DNA from: Bacillota bacterium
Lineage (GTDB): Bacteria; Bacillota; UBA994; UBA5500
Direction: 5' to 3'
Length of the DNA stretch: 64,000 bases
Assembly (NCBI GenBank): GCA_050949055.1
Contig: JBMNFA010000009.1
Location: 257,600 to 321,599, forward strand
Shown: positions 18,754-26,327 of the stretch, one piece after another
How positions within the stretch are numbered: position 1 is the first letter of the stretch
Layout of the letters: every line of letters begins with the position of its first letter
The notes under the pieces: generated by a model
The model's database searches: none
What the model was told of the DNA's origin: nothing
Seen by the model: only the letters and a program-made list of their open reading frames with translations
Made by a program: the position numbers and the translations under genes

Positions 18754-19465
18754 CCCCAGAACCAAGCTGGTGATCGTGCTGTCCATCTCTTCCCTGGGTG
18801 TGTTCATCGGCGACCCCTGGGTGCTGCTGGGTGTAGCCGGCGTATCCTGGCTGCTGGCCACCCTGCTGGGCGGCAACCCTGGGGGCGCCGCCCGGCGCTG
18901 GCGCCGGATGCTGTGGCTGTTTCTGCCCATCGTCTTGATGCAGAGTGTGTTTGCGCCTGGGGGCATGCGGTTATTAGGCATCGGCTCGCTGACCCTGCTC
19001 AGCAGCGGCGGACTGCTGAAGGGGTTGGCCATGCTCTGCCGGCTGCTGATTGTGGTGGTGGCCGCCAGCATCATGACCACGTCCAACTCGCGCGATGTGG
19101 TGCAGGGACTGATCCAGTGGAAGTTGCCTTATGAGATCGCCTTTATGGTCTCGCTGGCGGCGCGCTTCTTGCCCATGCTGGGCGAGGAAGTGCGTGACTC
19201 GCTGACGGCGCTGCAGCTAAGAGGCATCGAGCCAGAGGCTCTGCCGCTACGGAAACGCCTGCAGCTCTATTCGTACCTGCTGATGCCGGTGATGGTCAGC
19301 ACGGTGATTCGGGCGGAGCAGCTTTCATTGGCCATGGAGATGCGTGCCTTTCGCGCCTTCCCCACCCGTACCAGCCACCGCAGCTTGCAGCTTAGGGGAG
19401 CGGATTATGCCTGGATGCTAGGCAGCGCGGCGGTGACGGTGGCGGCCTTGGTTGCCCTGCGCTAG
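18734..19465 (+). CDS. ecfT: ECF-transporter transmembrane T component (EcfT/CbiQ family)
   Basis: 243-aa polytopic protein with conserved arginine-containing coupling helices (ARFLPML...RGIE). Overlaps the ecfA2 end. Confidence 0.75.
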   Translation: MNGSRLDPRTKLVIVLSISSLGVFIGDPWVLLGVAGVSWLLATLLGGNPGGAARRWRRMLWLFLPIVLMQSVFAPGGMRLLGIGSLTLLSSGGLLKGLAMLCRLLIVVVAASIMTTSNSRDVVQGLIQWKLPYEIAFMVSLAARFLPMLGEEVRDSLTALQLRGIEPEALPLRKRLQLYSYLLMPVMVSTVIRAEQLSLAMEMRAFRAFPTRTSHRSLQLRGADYAWMLGSAAVTVAALVALR

Positions 19466-19565
19466 AGCGGGTGTGAGAAAATAATCCGTAAGCGCTGGCG
19501 CTCAGGGTGTCCGCATCGTGTCATTCCGAGCGCAGCGAGGAATCTATACGGAGGTGAACAACAAG

Positions 19566-20321
19566 ATGCGTATCTTTTCGGTTTCCGGCATCAGCAAGTC
19601 CGGAAAGACGACTACCATAGAAGAGATCATCAAAGAACTACGGCGGCGGCGATACACCGTGGGCAGCATCAAGGACATCCACTTCGAGGCCTTTGCCATC
19701 GATGGCCCGTCCACCAACACCGCCCGCCACCGCCGGGCGGGATCAGAGCTGGTCACCGCCTGGGGGCTGGCCGAGACAGATGTTCTCTTCCCCACCCGGC
19801 TGCCCCTGGAGCAACTGCTCCGCTTCTATAGCCAGGACTTTGTGATCATCGAAGGTTTTGCCGAAGGGCCCATCCCCAAAATCGTCACGGGGCATTCGCT
19901 GGAACGGGTGGATGAGCGGTTGGACGACCTGACCTTCGCTATTTCCGGACGCATTGCCGCCGGTATGGATGAGTACCGGGGGCTGCCGGCGCTGAGCGCA
20001 CTCACCCAGGTGGCCGAACTCTGCGACCTGATTGAAGAAAAAGTGTTTGAACGGCTACCCCACTTTCCTGGAGAGTGTTGCGCCGCCTGCGGGCAGGATT
20101 GTGTGCAGCTGGCCGCTCGCATCCTCAAGGGGGAAGCCCAGCGCAGTGACTGCCGCCTGGTGGCCGAGCGGCAGAAGGTGGAGCTGTGCATCGACGGCGA
20201 GCCGATCAAGATGGTGCCCTTTGTGCAGAGCATCCTCTATAACGCGGTGCGGGGCGTGGTGACGGAGTTGGACGGTTACCAGCCGGGCAAGAAAGTGGAG
20301 ATCAAGATTGGCTCCATTTGA
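19566..20321 (+). CDS. mobB: MobB-like P-loop protein (molybdopterin-guanine dinucleotide biosynthesis protein B) with a Cys-rich C-terminal extension
   Basis: ATG 19566 after SD GGAGG (the track starts earlier). MRIFSVSGISKSGKTTTIEEII...VGSIKDIHFEAFAIDGPSTNTARHRRAGS parallels the MobB P-loop and GxDSxRHRxAG block. The C-terminal about 100 aa carry GECCAACGQDC. Confidence 0.7.
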   Translation: MRIFSVSGISKSGKTTTIEEIIKELRRRRYTVGSIKDIHFEAFAIDGPSTNTARHRRAGSELVTAWGLAETDVLFPTRLPLEQLLRFYSQDFVIIEGFAEGPIPKIVTGHSLERVDERLDDLTFAISGRIAAGMDEYRGLPALSALTQVAELCDLIEEKVFERLPHFPGECCAACGQDCVQLAARILKGEAQRSDCRLVAERQKVELCIDGEPIKMVPFVQSILYNAVRGVVTELDGYQPGKKVEIKIGSI

Positions 20322-21018
20322 AGACCTGCTGGACCCGGCTGATTGGGAGCAACTGGAGGTCTGCCGCTATCAAGTGGTGCGGCAGTTCCGCAGCAAGAGA
20401 AACCAGGTCTGTCTGGTACGGGTAAGCCGAACAGACGGGACCGCAGGGGAGCTGGTGGTGAAGCGGGCGGGAGAGCAGGTTGTGGATTTGAGTCGCGAGG
20501 CAAGTCTGCAGGCGCTGCTTCATCAACGGGGGCTAGCGGTTCCCCGGGTGCTGCTGGCAAAACCCCGCTGCCTGGTGATGCAATACATCACCGGAGAGAC
20601 CCTGGTAGACTATCTGGAGCAGGTGGAACGGGAATACCCCCTCTGCCCAGAAACGCTGCAGAGCGCAGTACGCCCGCTAGCTCAGCAACTAGCCGCCTGG
20701 TTGCAGCTGTTTTATCGGATCACCGCGGACAGCTTTGGCCGCGCCATGATCAGGGGCGACGTCAACCTGCGCAACTTCCTCGTCCGCGATGATAAAATCT
20801 TTGGAGTGGATTTTGAGGATGCCCGGCCGGGTGACATGGCCGAGGATGCAGGCCGCATCCTGGCCTTTGCCCTCACCTACGACCCGGCTTTCACCCCCTG
20901 GAAGCGAGCGATCGTAGAGGAGCTGTCCCTGGCTTTTCGGGAGGTGCTGCAGCTGGCGGCAAAGCCCCTGCAGCGCGCGATGGAGGCTGAACTGCAGGCA
21001 ATTCGCGAACGAAGATAG
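20308..21018 (+). CDS. protein-kinase-like / phosphotransferase-fold protein
   Basis: GDVNLRNFLVRDDKIFGVDFEDA (catalytic-loop-like D-x-N...N and DFE/DFG-like). Start overlaps the mobB end. Confidence 0.5.
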   Translation: MAPFEDLLDPADWEQLEVCRYQVVRQFRSKRNQVCLVRVSRTDGTAGELVVKRAGEQVVDLSREASLQALLHQRGLAVPRVLLAKPRCLVMQYITGETLVDYLEQVEREYPLCPETLQSAVRPLAQQLAAWLQLFYRITADSFGRAMIRGDVNLRNFLVRDDKIFGVDFEDARPGDMAEDAGRILAFALTYDPAFTPWKRAIVEELSLAFREVLQLAAKPLQRAMEAELQAIRERR

Positions 21019-21022
21019 CAAG

Positions 21023-21080
21023 TTACAGCGGGACGTGTACCTTGTAACCCGAGTGTTACGAGGTACACGTCCCGCTGTAA
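21023..21080. repeat. perfect 20-bp inverted repeat (TTACAGCGGGACGTGTACCT / AGGTACACGTCCCGCTGTAA) around an inner palindromic loop, between convergent genes
   Basis: Read directly. The arm is the same 19-mer family found at 55657-55716. Confidence 0.8.
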
Positions 21081-21091
21081 CATTCATTCTC

Positions 21092-22876
21092 TTAAGGGAT
21101 GGAGACCAGGATGAACATGTTATAGTCAATACCGTCGTCCTGGTTGCTGCCATGGATGGCGTGGATGCTCTGGAAGATGATGCGCAGCTGAGCGTCTCTG
21201 CCGGATGCATCCAGGGTCATCTGCTCAGGGCCCAGGAGTCTCTCGGATAAGTCCCCAGCGGCCATCAGGTTGGTAACGAAGTCATTCAGGCCGGTGGCCA
21301 CCAATTCTGTCCCCGCACTATCCTGTATGGACACCCGCGCTTCTTGTGGCGACTGGCGCTCCACTACCAGTCGGTAGGTGCTGCCCCGCACCGTGAAGCT
21401 TTGGGTGATGGTCCGTGTTTGCTGATAGCGATAGGCCGTGGCCTCCAGCAAGACGTCGTAGCCGCTGATCGGCAGCGGGCCTTGTCGATTGAGGTTGGCA
21501 TAGAAGCGAGTGATATTCTCCGCCATGTAGCTATAGGTAGGCTCAAAACCCAAGGCCTGCTCCATGTCCCGATAGGGCTCGAAGTCCTGGGGCAGCCAAG
21601 ATACTTGCGGCAGGTAGCCGCGGTGATTCAGGTAGTTGAGGATATTGGTGGTCTCCCGGCGCACGTCCAGGTCCACATCACTTTGGGGGTGCAGCTCTCC
21701 GTCCACCAGGATTCCCGCCGCTTGCAGCATCCCTTCCAGCCGCGACACCTGGCTGAGGCGCGAGACAGTGAAAGCGTCCACCGGAGGAACGATGGAGGCG
21801 ATGGCCAGGCTGGCGGCCAAAACGGCGATGATGCCGTTCCTGGTCACCGGGCGCAATGAGAGCGCGATGCCGACGATCAAGGAGAAGATGCCAAACAGAG
21901 TCAGGTAGTAGCGGGACTCGGTGATGCCATAGGCCCGCAAACGAATGGATACCGAAACCAGCTGCATGATCACCACCGGAATCAGCACCTTGGGAAAGAG
22001 GTGCTGATAGAGCACGGCCGAGCGGTTGTTCAGGCGGCTGGCCAGAACATAGACCAGCAGGCCAGCGGCGGCGTAACCCAGGATCATCGGCCCCAACTGG
22101 CCGATAGGCCATTCCCTGGTGACGCCGATCTTGACGAAATAGGCCAGCAGCACCAGGGTGTAGGCACTGATCAGCGGGATAGCGATCTGGGCCACCAGAA
22201 TCTCCAAGATACGAGGATACTGGCTGGACTCCTGGGCGGCAATCCGGTCGGCCATTTGGTCCGAGTTGAACCGGGGCAGCAGCGACAGGTAGTGGATGGT
22301 GGCGAACAGCATCCAGACGATGGCCAGCATGTAGCCAAAGGTGTCGCTGTCCACGTCGAACAACAGGATATCGATGGCCACAATCAGCGCCGCTAGTCCG
22401 GCGGAGAGCACCCCGGCGTAGAGGATGGACGTCATCGCTGACTTGAAATGGACCAAAGCCACGCTGTTGAAATCGAACCTGCCCCCAAGCGACGGCAGCC
22501 AGATGAACGCACAGAACATGGCAAAGACGGCCACTGCTGTTCTGGCACCGACCTCGTAGTCTATCGCCGGTGCCCCGGCAATGATCAGGTAGTAGCCCAG
22601 AGTGAACAACACAGACACAATGTAGACGGCGGAGCGGCGCCCGGCCAAGCTGGGAAAGCGCTCGCAGGCAAATTGCGCAGTGATTCCCAGGAAGGCTGCA
22701 AACAGGCAGACGAACATCAGCTTCTGGATCAGCAGGCTGGGGGTACTATGCAAGGAGATCATGTAACAGGTCAAAGCTGTGCTGCCAACCAGGCTAAGCA
22801 CGGTCAGCGGGAACCGCCAGATCGCCTGGCCCAACCCCCGCAGGGTGCGGGCAACTGTCTCAATCAACCTTCCCAT
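21092..22876 (-). CDS. DUF4153-like polytopic membrane protein (594 aa)
   Basis: ORF track. At least 10 hydrophobic helices then a soluble C-terminal domain. Family assignment from memory. Confidence 0.5.
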   Translation of the reverse strand: MGRLIETVARTLRGLGQAIWRFPLTVLSLVGSTALTCYMISLHSTPSLLIQKLMFVCLFAAFLGITAQFACERFPSLAGRRSAVYIVSVLFTLGYYLIIAGAPAIDYEVGARTAVAVFAMFCAFIWLPSLGGRFDFNSVALVHFKSAMTSILYAGVLSAGLAALIVAIDILLFDVDSDTFGYMLAIVWMLFATIHYLSLLPRFNSDQMADRIAAQESSQYPRILEILVAQIAIPLISAYTLVLLAYFVKIGVTREWPIGQLGPMILGYAAAGLLVYVLASRLNNRSAVLYQHLFPKVLIPVVIMQLVSVSIRLRAYGITESRYYLTLFGIFSLIVGIALSLRPVTRNGIIAVLAASLAIASIVPPVDAFTVSRLSQVSRLEGMLQAAGILVDGELHPQSDVDLDVRRETTNILNYLNHRGYLPQVSWLPQDFEPYRDMEQALGFEPTYSYMAENITRFYANLNRQGPLPISGYDVLLEATAYRYQQTRTITQSFTVRGSTYRLVVERQSPQEARVSIQDSAGTELVATGLNDFVTNLMAAGDLSERLLGPEQMTLDASGRDAQLRIIFQSIHAIHGSNQDDGIDYNMFILVSIP

Positions 22877-23188
22877 ATCTTCTGTCCCCTCTCTTTCTTC
22901 TGGGCGGAGCGGAAAACGAGAGCCAACTATATCTAGTTAGTGAATTGTGCCAGGGCGCTCGGTCATTTATGACGGCGACCTGTGCTGAGAGAATATATAC
23001 CCATTTAATTAGACGTAATGCACAATCAAAAGATGCGCCTGGGGGAAAATACCTGGCCGCGAGGACTGCGCGGCGGTACTGGGCGGACGACACCGCCGGG
23101 TTGCTTGCGAAAGCGTAGACGCTTTGGTTACAGGGCTGGCCGGTAAGTGATAAAATGGCGTTACAATGTGATCAGTGGAGGTGTGGCC

Positions 23189-24373
23189 ATGAAAAGGCTT
23201 GTTCGGGCCATCTTACTTATTCTAGCCGTTGGTCTGCTCTGGTCGCAGCCAGCCGTGGCACATGCTGCCCCCCGCCTGGCACCTCAAATTCGCCCGGAAA
23301 TGGAGTTGCTGGCCGGGGTTTTGACTCAGACAACCTGGATCGACCGGCATGGTCCCCAATCGGAGGGGAACGAGTACTATCGCGCTTTGCGAGACTTCTT
23401 CTCCGATTATCAATCGCATGAGGCAATCAAGCTGGCGCAGGAATTGACCAACCTGGGCTATACCTATGATGCGCCTATTGCCTTTATCTGTCACTTGGGC
23501 CCGTTGCCGGACTTGGAGCTGCAACACGAGTACTCGGAATACATTGTGGGCAGGGCGCACGGCAGGGAACGGCTGGAGCGGTTCCGGTCGGCCCTAAAGG
23601 ACCTGGCAGCGGAATCGAATTTCATGGAATTCTATCGGTCGTGGCAGCCCCGCTACCAGCAGTGGGTGGAGGCAGCCAACATGGACGGGGAGATGGTGGT
23701 CAACTGGTTGGAGCAATTCTTTGGCCAGGAAGCCTCAGAATTCCAGATCATTCTGGCGCCAGCCATGTTCCCGGGTGGTGGATATGGTGCCACCGTAACC
23801 ACCGCCGAGGGCGAGAAGATATCCTTTCAGGTGGTACGCGAACGGGGAGAAAGCACCGCTGAGCCGAGCTTTCCCAGCGGATTGGGTTTGGAATACCTGT
23901 CTCTGCATGAGTGGGGCCACTCGTTCGTCAATCCGGCTTTGGAGGCCCGTTCCGACCTGGTGGGCCGGCTGGTCAGGTTCTTCCGACCGGTATCCCGAGA
24001 AATGAAAGCCCAAGCCTATGGCAGCGTACATGTATTCATGAACGAGCAGGTGCTGCGGGCGGTGACCACACTGGCCGCAGAGGAGCTATATGGTCAGGAG
24101 AGATACGAGCAGTTCCTGGCCAATGAAATGGACGCTTCCTTCTACTTGACTGAGGGCATCGTGAACATTTTGCGGGACTACCAGAACAATCGTGACACTT
24201 ATCCCAACTTCGACGCCTTCGTCCCGGTGCTGCTGGAGCGGATAGGAGAATTGGCTCCCGGTCCCTGGTGGAAAGGGCTTGGCCTCTACTGGCAAGTGGC
24301 AGCCATCGTTGTCGGCATCATCCTGTTGCGCTGGTCAATGGCCAGACGTGGTCAGCAACGACACCGATCCTAA
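23189..24373 (+). CDS. secreted putative Zn-metallopeptidase-like protein (HEWGH motif; DUF4932-like) with a C-terminal TM anchor
   Basis: ATG 23189 after SD GGAGG. Signal peptide MKRLVRAILLILAVGLLWSQPAVAHA, HExxH (LHEWGHSF), C-terminal hydrophobic anchor. Confidence 0.5.
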   Translation: MKRLVRAILLILAVGLLWSQPAVAHAAPRLAPQIRPEMELLAGVLTQTTWIDRHGPQSEGNEYYRALRDFFSDYQSHEAIKLAQELTNLGYTYDAPIAFICHLGPLPDLELQHEYSEYIVGRAHGRERLERFRSALKDLAAESNFMEFYRSWQPRYQQWVEAANMDGEMVVNWLEQFFGQEASEFQIILAPAMFPGGGYGATVTTAEGEKISFQVVRERGESTAEPSFPSGLGLEYLSLHEWGHSFVNPALEARSDLVGRLVRFFRPVSREMKAQAYGSVHVFMNEQVLRAVTTLAAEELYGQERYEQFLANEMDASFYLTEGIVNILRDYQNNRDTYPNFDAFVPVLLERIGELAPGPWWKGLGLYWQVAAIVVGIILLRWSMARRGQQRHRS

Positions 24374-24448
24374 TGATTAGCAAGGGATTGCCCTGGGAAC
24401 CTCACCACAAGTTGGTGCGAGGCCTCGGCAATCCCTGTTTCTTCGCCC

Positions 24449-25327
24449 TTATGCCTGGCACATGGTAGGGAACATGAATCGCTCCGGGAATTTGAAGTCT
24501 GCAGGCAGGAAGAAGAGACCGTCCGACGACTGCCAATCCTCGCACGCGAGCGGCAGGCTAGTCTGATCCGGGGTAAAATGGAACTGCAGCCGCTTGACTC
24601 CCGCCGGGACGATGGCGGCAACGATCTGATCCAGATTGAACGGCCGGGCACTGATCACGTCGTAGAGCTGCAGCAGCTCTCCTTCCACCCGATGGATGGT
24701 GACGGCGTCCAATTCCGGCAAGTAGTAGACATCCTGACCACATAGATGCAGGCAGTAGAACATCAGCAGCCAGGCAACGTTGACTACACCCAAGGTCTGT
24801 GAAACCGGTTGGCGCTGGCGGCTGAGACGTAGCAGCGTCTGCAAGTCTGCCGGCAGCGACAGGTCCAGGCGGCGCGGGGCTTGCGGCGCTGATGCCAGTT
24901 GCCCCAGCGAGACGGAAAACTGCTGCTGCTCTAGGCGCTGGAAACCGAACCGGGGATAGAAGTCCAGCACCGAACGGTTGGCAAACAGGAAAGCCAGGTC
25001 ATAGGAGTTGGCATATTGCGAAAGGGCGAAGCGCATCAGCTTCCCCGCCAACCCCTGCCCCCGATGATCCGGGTGGGTCATCACCGTCCCCACCTGGATG
25101 GCCTTGATTGGCTTACCATGACAAACCATGTCCATGCGGCTGATGGATACGTTAGCTATCACTTGCTCATGGTACAGATAGGAGAAGCAGACATACGCGT
25201 CGCCCCAATAGCCCAAGTTGTACCAGTGCTCAAAATCGATGCTGAATATCTGTTTGGCCAGCAGCCCGAAGCTTTGACGATAATCAGCGTGATGTTTGTA
25301 GTCATGGATCAACCGGTATTCCTGCAC
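24449..25327 (-). CDS. GNAT-family N-acetyltransferase
   Basis: AIQVGTVMTHPDHRGQGLAGKLM (acetyl-CoA-binding motif A). Confidence 0.8.
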   Translation of the reverse strand: MQEYRLIHDYKHHADYRQSFGLLAKQIFSIDFEHWYNLGYWGDAYVCFSYLYHEQVIANVSISRMDMVCHGKPIKAIQVGTVMTHPDHRGQGLAGKLMRFALSQYANSYDLAFLFANRSVLDFYPRFGFQRLEQQQFSVSLGQLASAPQAPRRLDLSLPADLQTLLRLSRQRQPVSQTLGVVNVAWLLMFYCLHLCGQDVYYLPELDAVTIHRVEGELLQLYDVISARPFNLDQIVAAIVPAGVKRLQFHFTPDQTSLPLACEDWQSSDGLFFLPADFKFPERFMFPTMCQA

Positions 25328-25456
25328 TGACCATACCTCCCGGTGCGCTACAGATTGCAGTCCTTATCCTCTATGTTCTTCATCCAAGTGCCAAACGCCT
25401 GCCAGAAGCTTGCTTGGTTATTCTAATATTCGGGACACTTGGAACGGTAATCATTA

Positions 25457-25485
25457 TTGATAAATCAGCTAAACAATTATATAAT
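25457..25485 (+). promoter_or_regulatory. sigma-A-type promoter TTGATA-17-TATAAT for the peroxiredoxin gene, overlapped by a Fur/PerR-like AT-rich palindrome (AATCATTATTGATAA)
   Basis: Consensus hexamers with 17-nt spacing, 120 nt upstream of the start codon. Confidence 0.55.
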
Positions 25486-25606
25486 TAAGGACAAACACAG
25501 GGCTTGCCAGGCGTTGCCTGGGGGCTACTGTTGCGCCGTTGGCACCTCTGGCGTTTGGCCCGTTCTTGAGGGCAGGCCGACCGGCGACGAAAAGGGAGGG
25601 GATCCG

Positions 25607-26203
25607 ATGACAGTAATGGTTGGGAAACCGGCACCAAACTTCAAAGCCAGCGCCTTTCACCAAGGCAAGTTCACCAAGATTGAGCTGGAGCAGTTGCGCG
25701 GCAAGTGGGTAGTCCTTTGCTTCTACCCCGGCGACTTCACCTTTGTCTGACCGACCGAGTTGACATCGATAGCGGTTCGCTATCCTGAATTGCAGGCGTT
25801 GGACGTGGAAGTGTTGAGCTGCAGCGTGGACAGCATCCATTCGCACAAAGTCTGGCAGGAGACCGAGCTCTCCAAGATGGTAGAGGGCGGCGTGCCTTAC
25901 CCGATGCTCTCTGACCAGGGCGGCAAGTTGGGCCGGCTGTACGGGGTGTACGATGAGGATGCAGGCGTGAATGTACGTGGCCGCTTCCTGATCGATCCCG
26001 ATGGCATCATCCAGGCGATGGAAGTGCTTACCCCGCCGGTGGGCCGCAATGACGCCGAGTTGCTGCGGCAAGTGAAAGCTTACCAACATCAGCGGGCGAC
26101 CAAAGAAGTGATTCCGGCTGGCTGGCAGCCTGGCAAACCCACCCTGAAACCCTCGACCGCTTTGACTGGGCGGGTGTGGGAAGTATGGAAACCGGAGGCC
26201 TAA
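25607..26203 (+). CDS. prxU: selenocysteine-containing peroxiredoxin (AhpC/Prx1 subfamily; in-frame TGA at 25748-25750 at the peroxidatic position)
   Basis: The ORF track splits it at a TGA, but both halves share one frame. They read ...WVVLCFYPGDFTFV-[TGA]-PTELTSIAVRYPEL..., i.e. the universal FTFVCPTE motif with Sec for the peroxidatic Cys. SD GGGAGGGG before ATG 25607. Confidence 0.8.
25768..25784 (+). promoter_or_regulatory. candidate bacterial SECIS hairpin (GAUAGCG-GUU-CGCUAUC) 18 nt downstream of the UGA
   Basis: Perfect 7-bp stem with a G/U-containing apical loop at the distance expected for SelB-dependent recoding. Confidence 0.45.
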
Positions 26204-26236
26204 CCGGTCTACCGCACCCTGTCACACATACATAAA

Positions 26237-26269
26237 CCCCTGGGACGGCGCTGTCCCAGGGGTTTTTGT
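26237..26269 (+). terminator. rho-independent terminator (CCCCTGGGAC-loop-GTCCCAGGGG + TTTTTGT)
   Basis: 10-bp GC stem followed by a T-run, between convergent prx and the DASS transporter gene. Confidence 0.8.
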
Positions 26270-26327
26270 CCAGTTCGCCTAATTCGCCGCCGACTTGGCT
26301 GATTGGCCCTGCCTTCTGCAGGCCTAG

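Noticed and set aside
25457-26203. Two separate ORFs (97 aa and 147 aa) for the peroxiredoxin as given in the ORF track
   Set aside because: They are one gene in one frame joined by a TGA at the catalytic-Cys position, so they are treated as a single selenoprotein CDS starting at ATG 25607.
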